A stretch of 42,489 nucleotides of DNA, taken from positions 1 through 42,489 of IMG/VR virus record IMGVR_UViG_3300037605_000001, one strand, 5' to 3'. The stretch's first letter is position 1. Each line of letters starts with the position of its first letter. The notes under the pieces are model-generated. The model did no database searches. It was not told where the DNA came from and saw only the letters and a program-made list of their open reading frames with translations. Of the stretch, positions 1-7,950 are shown in pieces. The position numbers were made by a program, and so were the translations under genes. This DNA comes from a virus. Its lineage: Duplodnaviria; Caudoviricetes.

Positions 1-86
1 GCCCGAGGCCGTTCGGCCCCTTGTGTTGAATCCAAAGGGTTTTTCCGGTGTCCCACCGTGGGACATGATATCAAAAGCAAAGGGAA

Positions 87-126
87 TGGTGGGTGATAAG
101 AGATTCGAACTCCTGACATCTTCGAT
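87..126 (-). mobile_element. att core candidate: 3' half of a tRNA (probably tRNA-Val)
   Basis: Minus strand reads ATCGAAGATGTCAGGAGTTCGAATCTCTTATCACCCACCA: 3' anticodon stem, T-arm with GTTCGAAT loop, acceptor strand and CCA. The 5' half is absent. The Val assignment is from recalled similarity to alphaproteobacterial tRNA-Val. Confidence 0.8.
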
Positions 127-144
127 TTGTATCTTCGGAGTCAG

Positions 145-237
145 GATGTAGTAGTATCGCACATCCATACCCAACAAGATCAGTCACTTACGTCAGTCAA
201 GTTTCGTAGGTCCATACATCTAATCAAGATGTAGTAG
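145..237. repeat. GATGTAGTAG direct repeat (145-154, 228-237), possible integrase arm or operator sites
   Basis: Exact 10-mer twice beside the att core, plus an inverted TACATC/GATGTA pair at 215-233. Confidence 0.4.
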
Positions 238-286
238 CCACATTCCTGACACACGGCTTCCTTTGGATCAATCCAAGGGAAAAACC

Positions 287-1105
287 ATGAGCGATTTTTG
301 GTGGGCCGATCTGGGTGACGAAACCCTGACGGAAACGGCGTGGGAACGCCAAATGAACATCGCCGGAATAGAGGCTTTCGAGCAAGCCCGATACACCGCT
401 TCCGGCCAGACCAAGAAGGCCAGCGAATCACGCACTGGTCAGAAGGTGCTGCGTAAGTTCCTCGAAAGAGCGGCTGACGCTATCCTTGAAATGCAGAAGA
501 ACCTTCTCGGTATCCATCGGATCGACCGGACCCTGAGGGCAACGGTCCTTCTGGTCCCTGAGGAAGTGGCTTCGATGCTGGTCCTGAGGGCACTCATTGA
601 CCGGACCTATGGGATCGCTGATCAGGACAAGGGGTATAACTACCAAATCCTGAGCAAAGAGATTGCCAAGTCGGTCGAGACTGAACTGAACTTCCGGCAC
701 TGGCTGAACGAGAGCCAGAAGCAGTCTGCCAAGTATGCCAAGGAGAAGGGCCTGAGCAAGGTTCCCAAGTCTCTGGCTGAACGGCTGATCGAAGAACAGG
801 GCGTGAGCCGTGCTTCCTTCTTCCGCTGGAAACAGACCTTCGATGAACTCAACACATACGAGTGGAGCACCCTTGAGCAGCACTACTGCGGGGAGGCTCT
901 GCTTCTGACTGTGATCGAAGCCCTCCCTGAGGCTTTCGAAATCAGCATCGTCACGGAGCGTGGCAAGACCACCAAGCACGTCAGGATGAAGCCTGAGTTC
1001 CGCAAATACTTCGATGACATGGAGGCCAAGATCGCCCGACTTCAGGTCGTCAGGAAACCCATGATCGCCCGACCACGGCGATGGACCAAAGGAGAAACCG
1101 AATGA
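287..1105 (+). CDS. T7-type RNA polymerase, N-terminal domain subunit
   Basis: Segments match the T7 RNAP N-terminal domain: WERQMNIAGIEAF, PEEVASMLVLRAL, EIAKSVETELNF, WSTLEQHYCG, and PMIARPRRWT (T7 PCVVPPKPWT). ATG 287 follows AAGGGA, preferred over TTG 263. Confidence 0.85.
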   Translation: MSDFWWADLGDETLTETAWERQMNIAGIEAFEQARYTASGQTKKASESRTGQKVLRKFLERAADAILEMQKNLLGIHRIDRTLRATVLLVPEEVASMLVLRALIDRTYGIADQDKGYNYQILSKEIAKSVETELNFRHWLNESQKQSAKYAKEKGLSKVPKSLAERLIEEQGVSRASFFRWKQTFDELNTYEWSTLEQHYCGEALLLTVIEALPEAFEISIVTERGKTTKHVRMKPEFRKYFDDMEAKIARLQVVRKPMIARPRRWTKGETE

Positions 1106-1326
1106 CCGGACCATACGATGTCTGCGGGACATCAAAAGAGGATGAGCCGTATGTCTATGGGGTCAGTGGCCCCGGCAACGGGCTGGGGTTCCATAGCTGG
1201 TATCTCTACCCCGAAAACACATTCGAAACCTACGCGGAAGCCGAGAAAGCCGCCCGCTTGATGAACCTTGCCTTCAACGAAGGCCAGAAAACCAGATCAC
1301 GAGAAATACGGGAGTTACTGCAATGA
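1102..1326 (+). CDS. hypothetical protein inserted between the RNAP halves
   Basis: ATGA overlap with upstream stop; AAAGGAG at 1088-1094. Confidence 0.75.
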   Translation: MTGPYDVCGTSKEDEPYVYGVSGPGNGLGFHSWYLYPENTFETYAEAEKAARLMNLAFNEGQKTRSREIRELLQ

Positions 1327-1370
1327 CCCTTCTTATCGCAATCATGATCGCCTGTGCGGTCTATCTCTGA
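1323..1370 (+). CDS. 15-aa hydrophobic peptide MTLLIAIMIACAVYL
   Basis: ATGA overlap, GGGAG upstream, fills the gap between neighbours; very short. Confidence 0.4.
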   Translation: MTLLIAIMIACAVYL

Positions 1371-1381
1371 GGGTATCACCG

Positions 1382-1582
1382 ATGACCGGATACCCACGTC
1401 CAAGACGCAGCTACTACCTTGACGACATGGACCTGAAGCCGGGGGACAAGGTTCAGTGCAAGTGTTCAATGGGCCAGCCTGAGTGGACACCGGGAGCGGT
1501 CTACACCGTCCTGCCCGATGGCTACCTGACAGACAACACTGGGTCGAAGGTCATCCCTTCAGCCCGTTTCACATACCTCTAA
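1382..1582 (+). CDS. hypothetical small beta-barrel-like protein
   Basis: ATG 1382 after GAGGG; LKPGDKVQC...WTPGAVYTV pattern is common in small phage proteins. Confidence 0.7.
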   Translation: MTGYPRPRRSYYLDDMDLKPGDKVQCKCSMGQPEWTPGAVYTVLPDGYLTDNTGSKVIPSARFTYL

Positions 1583-1592
1583 GGAGCAACCC

Positions 1593-1784
1593 ATGATCCG
1601 TGGATCAATCAAGAATATGACCGAGGCCGACTGGCGGGATCATTACCGTCACCCCGACAATTTCTTCACGCTGTTCAAGGACTACCGCCAGTTGCGGGAT
1701 GCCGACCAGCGCCGCGAACTATCGTCGGCTGAAGAGGCCCAGAAGCGAGTGATCGAAGAGATGATCGACTCCAAGCTGGCTTAG
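1593..1784 (+). CDS. hypothetical protein
   Basis: AAGGAG RBS, 63 aa. Confidence 0.75.
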   Translation: MIRGSIKNMTEADWRDHYRHPDNFFTLFKDYRQLRDADQRRELSSAEEAQKRVIEEMIDSKLA

Positions 1785-1831
1785 ACCAGTCCAAAGCAGA
1801 AACGACCCATGAGCAGAACAAGGGAATCGAA

Positions 1832-3613
1832 ATGACTGTCCATTACGAAGGCGGATACTTCCTCTTCAATGACCCCATTGTCAGGGGCTTTGGCGGCAAC
1901 GCACACACGGCCAACGACCTGTCGAACCTGAGCGGTTACACGGTCGAGGCTGTGAACTACATCCAAGACACACCTTGGCAGGTCAACCCCTACATGATGG
2001 AGACGATTGATACGTTCTTCGAAGCTGGGGAAGACCTGACCGTCGAAGGTAAGGCTGGCACTGAAGTCATCCTCAGGATCGCCATGCCTCTCAACCCCCG
2101 GCTGGACCCCAACGAACCCACCAACAACCTCATCTCGAAAGATGACTGGGCGATGATGGACAAGGAGTCCCGCCAAGCGGTCAAGCAGAAGCGGGCCAAG
2201 GTGCTCACTCGGTTCGAGGAAGAACTGGGGGTCTATCGGGCCACTCGTCGCATCTTCGAGACTGCCAAGGAGATGTCTCAGTTCGACCAGTTCTTCTTTC
2301 CCCACAACCTCGACTTCAGGACTCGCATCTACCCGATCCCGACAGACCTGACTCCCCAGTCCTCGGACTTCTCCAAGGGGATGCTGAGGTTCGCCCGCCC
2401 TACCCGTCTGGGCAAGGAAGGGTATTTCTGGCTTGGGGTCATGGTTGCGTCTCACTGGGGCGAGGACAAGCTGTCACCCAAGGACCGCTTCATGTTTGCT
2501 CAGGAGCCTGAGTTCAACATCAAGATGTGTTCGTGGGTCGATGATCCCTTCGAGAACCGGGAGTGGCTTCAGGCTGATAAGCCGTTCCAGTTCCTTGCAG
2601 CCGCTCATGAGTGGGTCTGGGCCAACCGCCTTGAGAACCCCTATGAGTTCATGAGCCGCCAGCCGGGGAACCTCGACGGATCGTGCAACGGTGCCCAACA
2701 CCTGAGCATCATGGCACGGGACTTGGTGGGGGCTACTGCTACCAACTGTCGGGCTGACTGGGCGACTGGGGGAGAACGCTTCGACCTCTACATGGAAGTG
2801 GCTGATCGGGTCTGGCAACAGGTCCAGAGGGATGCAGCCAAGGGTGATCCTGTGGCGCTTGAGTGGGTTCCTAAGATGCAGGAAGCCTCTGATCGCCGGA
2901 AGGTCGTCAAGCGGTCAGTCATGACGGTTCCCTACGGTGTGACCGATCATGGCGTGGCTGACTTCATGATCAAGGACAAGCACGTTGCTGAGGACTCCCA
3001 GAACCAGTGGGACTCTGCCAAATACATGCGTGACCTGATCATGTCGTCCATTGACGAAACCCTGAGCAATGGCCGGAAGCTGCAACTCTGGTTCATGGAG
3101 TGTGCTCGTCGGTGTGCTGAGGAAGGGCTTCCGTTGATCTGGGACACCCCTGCCGGATCGAAGGTCACACAAGCGTATCGGAACCTGATCCAGAAGCGGG
3201 TCCGGTCCTTTGACACTCGGTTCTACATCTATGAGGAACCGAAGCCGGGAGAGGATGAGGACGACTTCTACCTGCGTGTGGGTATGAATGAACGTAAGAT
3301 GGCTACAGCGGCCCCGCCCAATGTGGTCCACTCCTGCGATGCCTCTCACCTTCAGATCACGGTCTGCCGGATGGCTGATGCCGGGATCAAGGACTTCTCA
3401 ATGATCCATGACAGTTTCGGCTGTCCTCTGGCTCATGTGGGTCTGATGCGGAACATCCTGAGACAATCCATCGTGGATATGTATTCGGGGGACTACCTTC
3501 AGAAGTTCAAGAAGTCGGTCGAGGACTACACCGGACTGAAGATGCCTGAACCGCCCTCTCTGGGGGAGTTCGACATCAGCGAGATTCTGGATTCCGAGTT
3601 CTTCTTCGCCTGA
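1832..3613 (+). CDS. T7-type RNA polymerase, catalytic subunit
   Basis: DFRTRIYP (DxxGR variant), motif A LDGSCNGAQH, motif B RKVVKRSVMTVPYG, NVVHSCDA, motif C IHDSFG, C-terminal FFFA. Confidence 0.97.
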   Translation: MTVHYEGGYFLFNDPIVRGFGGNAHTANDLSNLSGYTVEAVNYIQDTPWQVNPYMMETIDTFFEAGEDLTVEGKAGTEVILRIAMPLNPRLDPNEPTNNLISKDDWAMMDKESRQAVKQKRAKVLTRFEEELGVYRATRRIFETAKEMSQFDQFFFPHNLDFRTRIYPIPTDLTPQSSDFSKGMLRFARPTRLGKEGYFWLGVMVASHWGEDKLSPKDRFMFAQEPEFNIKMCSWVDDPFENREWLQADKPFQFLAAAHEWVWANRLENPYEFMSRQPGNLDGSCNGAQHLSIMARDLVGATATNCRADWATGGERFDLYMEVADRVWQQVQRDAAKGDPVALEWVPKMQEASDRRKVVKRSVMTVPYGVTDHGVADFMIKDKHVAEDSQNQWDSAKYMRDLIMSSIDETLSNGRKLQLWFMECARRCAEEGLPLIWDTPAGSKVTQAYRNLIQKRVRSFDTRFYIYEEPKPGEDEDDFYLRVGMNERKMATAAPPNVVHSCDASHLQITVCRMADAGIKDFSMIHDSFGCPLAHVGLMRNILRQSIVDMYSGDYLQKFKKSVEDYTGLKMPEPPSLGEFDISEILDSEFFFA

Positions 3614-3650
3614 GTCTCAATAACGGTCCTCACTAGGACATAGAAACCCG
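3613..3650 (+). promoter_or_regulatory. 38-bp repeat, putative phage RNAP promoter (copy 1)
   Basis: AGTCTCAATAACGGTCCTCACTAGGACATAGAAACCCG is identical to 9790-9827; both copies are intergenic. Confidence 0.7.
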
Positions 3651-3798
3651 ATCCCTTCAGTGGGGTCGGGCCTCCCCTTCCCCTTCAGACGATGCACTGG
3701 GCTGTTCCCTTGGTTCTCCCTCCTTTCTGCTCATGCAGTCTGGTGCATCTTCTGAGCGGGAACGCTCTAACAACGGTCGCCCTCGTGGCGGCTTTTTT
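3640..3798 (+). ncRNA. putative sRNA or structured leader
   Basis: Lies between the promoter-like repeat and a terminator. Short hairpin 3646-3670; long stem 3685-3704/3736-3755 with G-U pairs; 31-nt pyrimidine-rich loop. The 5' end is approximate. Confidence 0.55.
3776..3798 (+). terminator. intrinsic terminator
   Basis: GTCGCC-CTCGT-GGCGGC followed by T6. Confidence 0.7.
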
Positions 3799-3826
3799 AT
3801 CTTGGACTGATCCAAAGGAGAGAGAA

Positions 3827-4051
3827 ATGGAAGCCAAGGAACTGAAACTCGGTGGTCGCTATGTTCGCCGCGATGGAACTGTCACGCCGCCGCTGGAAAC
3901 CAGCCTTCATTGGCGTGGTGGACTGACCGATCCCGAAACAGGTGCGGACTACGATCCGAAGTCCGATGAGGGCCACTTCTACTACGAAGGCGACACTCAC
4001 GAACTCGACCTCGTGGCGGTCTACGTCGAACACGCATCGGAGGCAGCATGA
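3827..4051 (+). CDS. hypothetical protein
   Basis: AAAGGAG RBS before ATG 3827 (MEAKELKLGGRYVRRDG); the longer 3692 start runs through the structured RNA. Confidence 0.75.
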   Translation: MEAKELKLGGRYVRRDGTVTPPLETSLHWRGGLTDPETGADYDPKSDEGHFYYEGDTHELDLVAVYVEHASEAA

Positions 4052-4287
4052 ACATCATCCAGCGCATCCGCAATCTGATCTGGCCCAAGAAGAACCTTGG
4101 GTCGATCCTTGGTGGCTTCCAGAAGACCATCAATGCCCTCGAAACGCTGAAGGTCGAGAACGATGCACAGACATCGGCCAACGTCGATCAGATCAACCGT
4201 CTTGAGGACGACAACCTGAGGCTCATCAAGGAATACCATCAGGCCGATAAGGTCCTGAACAACCTTCGTGGCCTCATCAACAACTAA
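4048..4287 (+). CDS. hypothetical coiled-coil protein
   Basis: GGAGG RBS and ATGA overlap. Confidence 0.75.
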   Translation: MNIIQRIRNLIWPKKNLGSILGGFQKTINALETLKVENDAQTSANVDQINRLEDDNLRLIKEYHQADKVLNNLRGLINN

Positions 4288-4302
4288 GGAGAAACGAACA
4301 GT

Positions 4303-4923
4303 ATGGCTAAAGGCCCACAGTTCAAAGACTGGGTAACTCCGGTCGGTATGTTCAAGATGACCTTCTTGGACAAGCCCAGTCCGCCCTTCGAGGGCAAGGG
4401 TGATCCCATGTATAAAACCCGCATCCTGCTGGACGACACGGCAGAGAACCGGGAGTTCGTGGCGAAGGTGATCGCCAAGGCTGAGGAAGAGGCGAAGACC
4501 CACAAGGTCAAGCTGAAGAAGCAGTATCACAACCCCTTCATCATGCCGGAAGACATGGACGACGACGACTTCGTTCCCGAGGAAGGCAAGACCAACCCGA
4601 AGTATGACGAAGACCACCGCGACAAGATCATCTTCGACATCAAGTCGAAATACAAGCCGGGGCTGATCGACGCCGCCCGTGAGTCCCTGCCGGAAGACGT
4701 GAAAATCTACGGTGGTGACAAGGGCCGTGTGAAGTTCGTGGCTTCGCCCTTCGTCTCTGGTGCCAACACAGGTATCACCCTGCGTCTGGTCACTGTCCAG
4801 TTGGTCGAGAAGAACGCCAACTACGGCGGCAACCGTGGTCCGAACACCGATGGCTTCGATGACATCGACGGTTATGTGGCCCCCGCTGGCTCCGGCGAGG
4901 ATGACGAGGAAGAAGACTTCTGA
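4303..4923 (+). CDS. single-stranded DNA-binding protein (T7 gp2.5-like)
   Basis: TPVG start motif, GITLRLVTVQLVE strand, acidic tail ending in Phe; position before the resolvase. Confidence 0.85.
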   Translation: MAKGPQFKDWVTPVGMFKMTFLDKPSPPFEGKGDPMYKTRILLDDTAENREFVAKVIAKAEEEAKTHKVKLKKQYHNPFIMPEDMDDDDFVPEEGKTNPKYDEDHRDKIIFDIKSKYKPGLIDAARESLPEDVKIYGGDKGRVKFVASPFVSGANTGITLRLVTVQLVEKNANYGGNRGPNTDGFDDIDGYVAPAGSGEDDEEEDF

Positions 4924-5366
4924 TGGAGACACGGTTCACCATTGAGGCTGAACCTGTCCCTGCTTCCCGGCCAAGGGTGACTACGAGAGGGGTTCCCTAT
5001 TACCCCAAGAAGCACACGGCCTACAGCGAGTATCTGAAGCAATCTCTGAAGGAGGTCGGGGTCAATCATGATCCCGGCCCCGTCGAGGTCCGCTTGCTGT
5101 TTGTCATGCCTCCCTACAAGACCTCGGACCACCCTGTCCACCGTGCTGACGTGGACAACCTTGCGAAGCTGCCTCTGGACAGCATGACGAAGATCATGGG
5201 TGACGATGAACACCCCGTGTTCTGGCCCGACGATTGTTTCGTCTCTTCGTTGATGACGTTCAAGCGGTTCGCAAGGGAGGGAGAGCAGCCACATACCAAG
5301 GTTCGCATCAAGAGTATCAAAGGTTCAATCGAAGACCACGTTGACGAGGCATTTGAGAATGGCTGA
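4923..5366 (+). CDS. rusA: RusA-family Holliday junction resolvase
   Basis: PVPASRPR, DVDNLAK...D and WPDD motifs. Confidence 0.85.
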   Translation: METRFTIEAEPVPASRPRVTTRGVPYYPKKHTAYSEYLKQSLKEVGVNHDPGPVEVRLLFVMPPYKTSDHPVHRADVDNLAKLPLDSMTKIMGDDEHPVFWPDDCFVSSLMTFKRFAREGEQPHTKVRIKSIKGSIEDHVDEAFENG

Positions 5367-5772
5367 GAAGAAACCTCACCCCCTTCATCGTGCTTGGGCC
5401 GCTGGATTCTTTGAGTCCCGAAACCAATGGCCCAGAACAGGCTACACCCTTCGTATCGAGTCTATGATCGAAGACCTGATGATCCGCTTCCACGACATCG
5501 TGGGGGTCGGCAAGATCGACATCAGCTACTCGAAGGTGAAGGCCACCTACATCTATCGAACCACCAACATGGATGACACCAGAGAACTTCTGTTGTGCCT
5601 CTCACCGTTCTTCACGGGGAGCCGACTGAAGATGGCGACTGACATGATCGGGCGGATCGAAAGGAATCCCATATGGATCAAAAATCACCCGGAGAAAGCA
5701 GCAAATGCTGTGCTCCAACGGCCTTCGGGAAAAACGGACGAGGACAGCGAAAAGGTGGATACCACCAAGTAA
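5359..5772 (+). CDS. LAGLIDADG-like protein with degenerate motif
   Basis: WAAGFFESR resembles AGFFDGEG; later GVGKI...YIYR...LLLCLSPFF fits the fold. Confidence 0.5.
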   Translation: MAEKKPHPLHRAWAAGFFESRNQWPRTGYTLRIESMIEDLMIRFHDIVGVGKIDISYSKVKATYIYRTTNMDDTRELLLCLSPFFTGSRLKMATDMIGRIERNPIWIKNHPEKAANAVLQRPSGKTDEDSEKVDTTK

Positions 5773-6080
5773 GGATCAATGGTCAAGTCCAATACCTTCA
5801 CAGACTTGTCTACGAAGAACACCACGGACCAATACCAGACGGATGGCAGGTCCATCATAGGTGTGAGAACACTCTCTGCATCAACATAGACCACCTTGAG
5901 TGTATCAGCTTTGCAGAACACCGAAGACGACATGCTGGAACACAGCATGACTTCGAAGCTGCGCGGAAGGTCTGGCTTGAGACAGGTGTGGGTAGTCGTA
6001 GGCTTCAAAGGCTATTCCCCTACAACCGATCAACCTTAGACACATGGATACGAGAATGGAAACAGACACCCATTTCGTAA
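5673..6080 (+). CDS. HNH endonuclease
   Basis: HRLVYEEHHGPIPDGWQVHHRCENTLCINIDHLE; start uncertain. Confidence 0.85.
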   Translation: MDQKSPGESSKCCAPTAFGKNGRGQRKGGYHQVRINGQVQYLHRLVYEEHHGPIPDGWQVHHRCENTLCINIDHLECISFAEHRRRHAGTQHDFEAARKVWLETGVGSRRLQRLFPYNRSTLDTWIREWKQTPIS

Positions 6081-7726
6081 GGAATGTCCCCTGTCATCAC
6101 TGTGGAAGCAGAGACAACGGAGCACTCTATTCATCGGGTTGGGTTCATTGCTTTGGCTGTGGAGAGAACTGGCGGGACGACGGAAACTATCAAGAGTCCA
6201 TTGGACCAATCCAAAGGAGTTCAAAAATGGACCTTCAGTTCATTCAAGGTGAACCTCTGGCCTTGCCCAAACGGGGTATCTCAGAGGATGTGTGTAAGCG
6301 GTTCAACTATCTGACTGGCAAGGTCCCCGACAACTATCCCGCCAAGGAGGGTTCGGCCCTTGCTGCCATGCGTGGCAAGACCGTCCAGATCGAGAACTAC
6401 TATGAGGATCGCAAGCTGATCGCTCAGAAGTTGCGGGACAAGGACAAGAACTTCGCTTGGATCGGGAAGGCTGGACAAGCCCTCTTTGGCCGACACTGTG
6501 TCAAGCCGGGAGGCAAGGTTCTGGTCGTCACCGAGGGGGCAATCGACACCCTGTCCTATGCCGAGATGCGGAAGGGCTGGCCCGCCGTGTCCATCCCGAA
6601 TGGTGCTCAGTCTGCACCGAAGGCTCTGAAGGAGAACCTAGAGTTCCTTGAGTCCTTCGAGAAGGTCGTCCTGTGCTTTGACAACGACGAGGAAGGCCAG
6701 AAGGCCGCTGAAGCCTGTAAGGGTATCCTCAGCCCCAAGAAGATGTTCATCGCCAGTCTGCCGACCGAGTTCAAGGACCTGAACGAGGCCCTGCAAGAGG
6801 GCGCTGTCAAGGCCGCTCTGCAAGCTGTCATGAACGCTGAGGAAGTCCGACCGGACAACCTTGTGTCGGTCGAGGACGTGCTGGAAGAGGCCCTGAAGCC
6901 CATTGAGATGGGTCTGCCGTGGTTCTTGGAGGAACTCACCGCCCTGACCTATGGACGCCGCTATGGTGAGGTCTATGCGCTGGGTGCTGGCACAGGCGTT
7001 GGCAAGACTGACGTGCTGACCGAGCAGATCGCCTATGACATCATGACCCTGAACCTGAAGGTAGGAACCCTGTTCCTCGAACAGAAGCCCGCTGAGACGG
7101 TCAAGAGGGTCGCTGGCAAGGTGGCCTCTCGACGGTTCCATGTGCCTGACTCAGGCTGGACCGAAGAGGAACTCAGGACCGCCGTGCATCGCCTCAAAGG
7201 CAAGCTGATGCTCTATGACTCCTTCGGGGAGACAGACTGGGATCAGGTCAAGACTCGCATCCGGCACATGGCCGTGGCCGAGGGTATCCGTATCTTCTAC
7301 GTCGATCACCTGACCGCTATGGCCGATACCTCAGATGAGCGGGGCAGTCTCGAACAGATCATGAAAGAGATGGCTGGTCTAGCCAACGAACTTCAGATCA
7401 TCATCACCTTTGTCTCTCACTTGGCGACACCTGATGGCACCCCTCACGAGGAAGGTGGTCGGGTCGCTATCCGTCACTTCAAGGGGTCACGGTCCATCGG
7501 CTTCTGGTCCTTCTTCATGTTTGGACTTGAGCGGGACCAACAGGCCGACGACGAGGACGAGAGACACAGGACCACCTTCAGGGTGCTCAAGGACCGCTAC
7601 ACGGGTCAGGCAACAGGACACACCTTCAACCTCGGTTATGACGCTGAGACAGGGAGGATCATCCCTCCTGATGCTCTTGGGTTCGCCACTGACAAACCAT
7701 CAACCGATATAGGAGAAGGGTTCTAA
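6056..7726 (+). CDS. primase-helicase (T7 gp4-like)
   Basis: CHHC...CFGC zinc finger, TOPRIM EGAID and FDND, Walker A AGTGVGKT, DHL, LKDR. Start is 6056 or 6044. Confidence 0.96.
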   Translation: METDTHFVRNVPCHHCGSRDNGALYSSGWVHCFGCGENWRDDGNYQESIGPIQRSSKMDLQFIQGEPLALPKRGISEDVCKRFNYLTGKVPDNYPAKEGSALAAMRGKTVQIENYYEDRKLIAQKLRDKDKNFAWIGKAGQALFGRHCVKPGGKVLVVTEGAIDTLSYAEMRKGWPAVSIPNGAQSAPKALKENLEFLESFEKVVLCFDNDEEGQKAAEACKGILSPKKMFIASLPTEFKDLNEALQEGAVKAALQAVMNAEEVRPDNLVSVEDVLEEALKPIEMGLPWFLEELTALTYGRRYGEVYALGAGTGVGKTDVLTEQIAYDIMTLNLKVGTLFLEQKPAETVKRVAGKVASRRFHVPDSGWTEEELRTAVHRLKGKLMLYDSFGETDWDQVKTRIRHMAVAEGIRIFYVDHLTAMADTSDERGSLEQIMKEMAGLANELQIIITFVSHLATPDGTPHEEGGRVAIRHFKGSRSIGFWSFFMFGLERDQQADDEDERHRTTFRVLKDRYTGQATGHTFNLGYDAETGRIIPPDALGFATDKPSTDIGEGF

Positions 7727-7950
7727 TGGACCAATCCAAAGGACACCTAGGCGATGATCAACTGATCCGCCTGACCGCATTGCAACTGGCAATCGGTGCT
7801 CACGCAAAGGAGAACGGCTGGCCGGATGACATCATCGTTCAGGCCCGTCAGTTCTACCTGTTCTTGGCTCAGAAAGACCCCTGTGTCGATCTGGGTCAGG
7901 ACAAGCACGACAACGTGGTTTCCATGTTGGAGGACTACGGATTTGAGTGA
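7726..7950 (+). CDS. hypothetical protein
   Basis: TAATG coupling to the helicase stop. Confidence 0.65.
   Translation: MDQSKGHLGDDQLIRLTALQLAIGAHAKENGWPDDIIVQARQFYLFLAQKDPCVDLGQDKHDNVVSMLEDYGFE

Noticed and set aside
87-160. Complete tRNA gene
   Set aside because: Similarity stops at the anticodon loop; there is no D-arm or 5' acceptor strand.
1106-1831. Self-splicing intron or intein in the RNAP gene
   Set aside because: The gap is filled with RBS-bearing coupled ORFs, and I see no group I/II core or intein ends. Not formally excluded without RT-PCR.
3692-3826. N-terminal extension of the ORF ending at 4051
   Set aside because: No RBS at 3692, it crosses a terminator, and a strong RBS precedes 3827.
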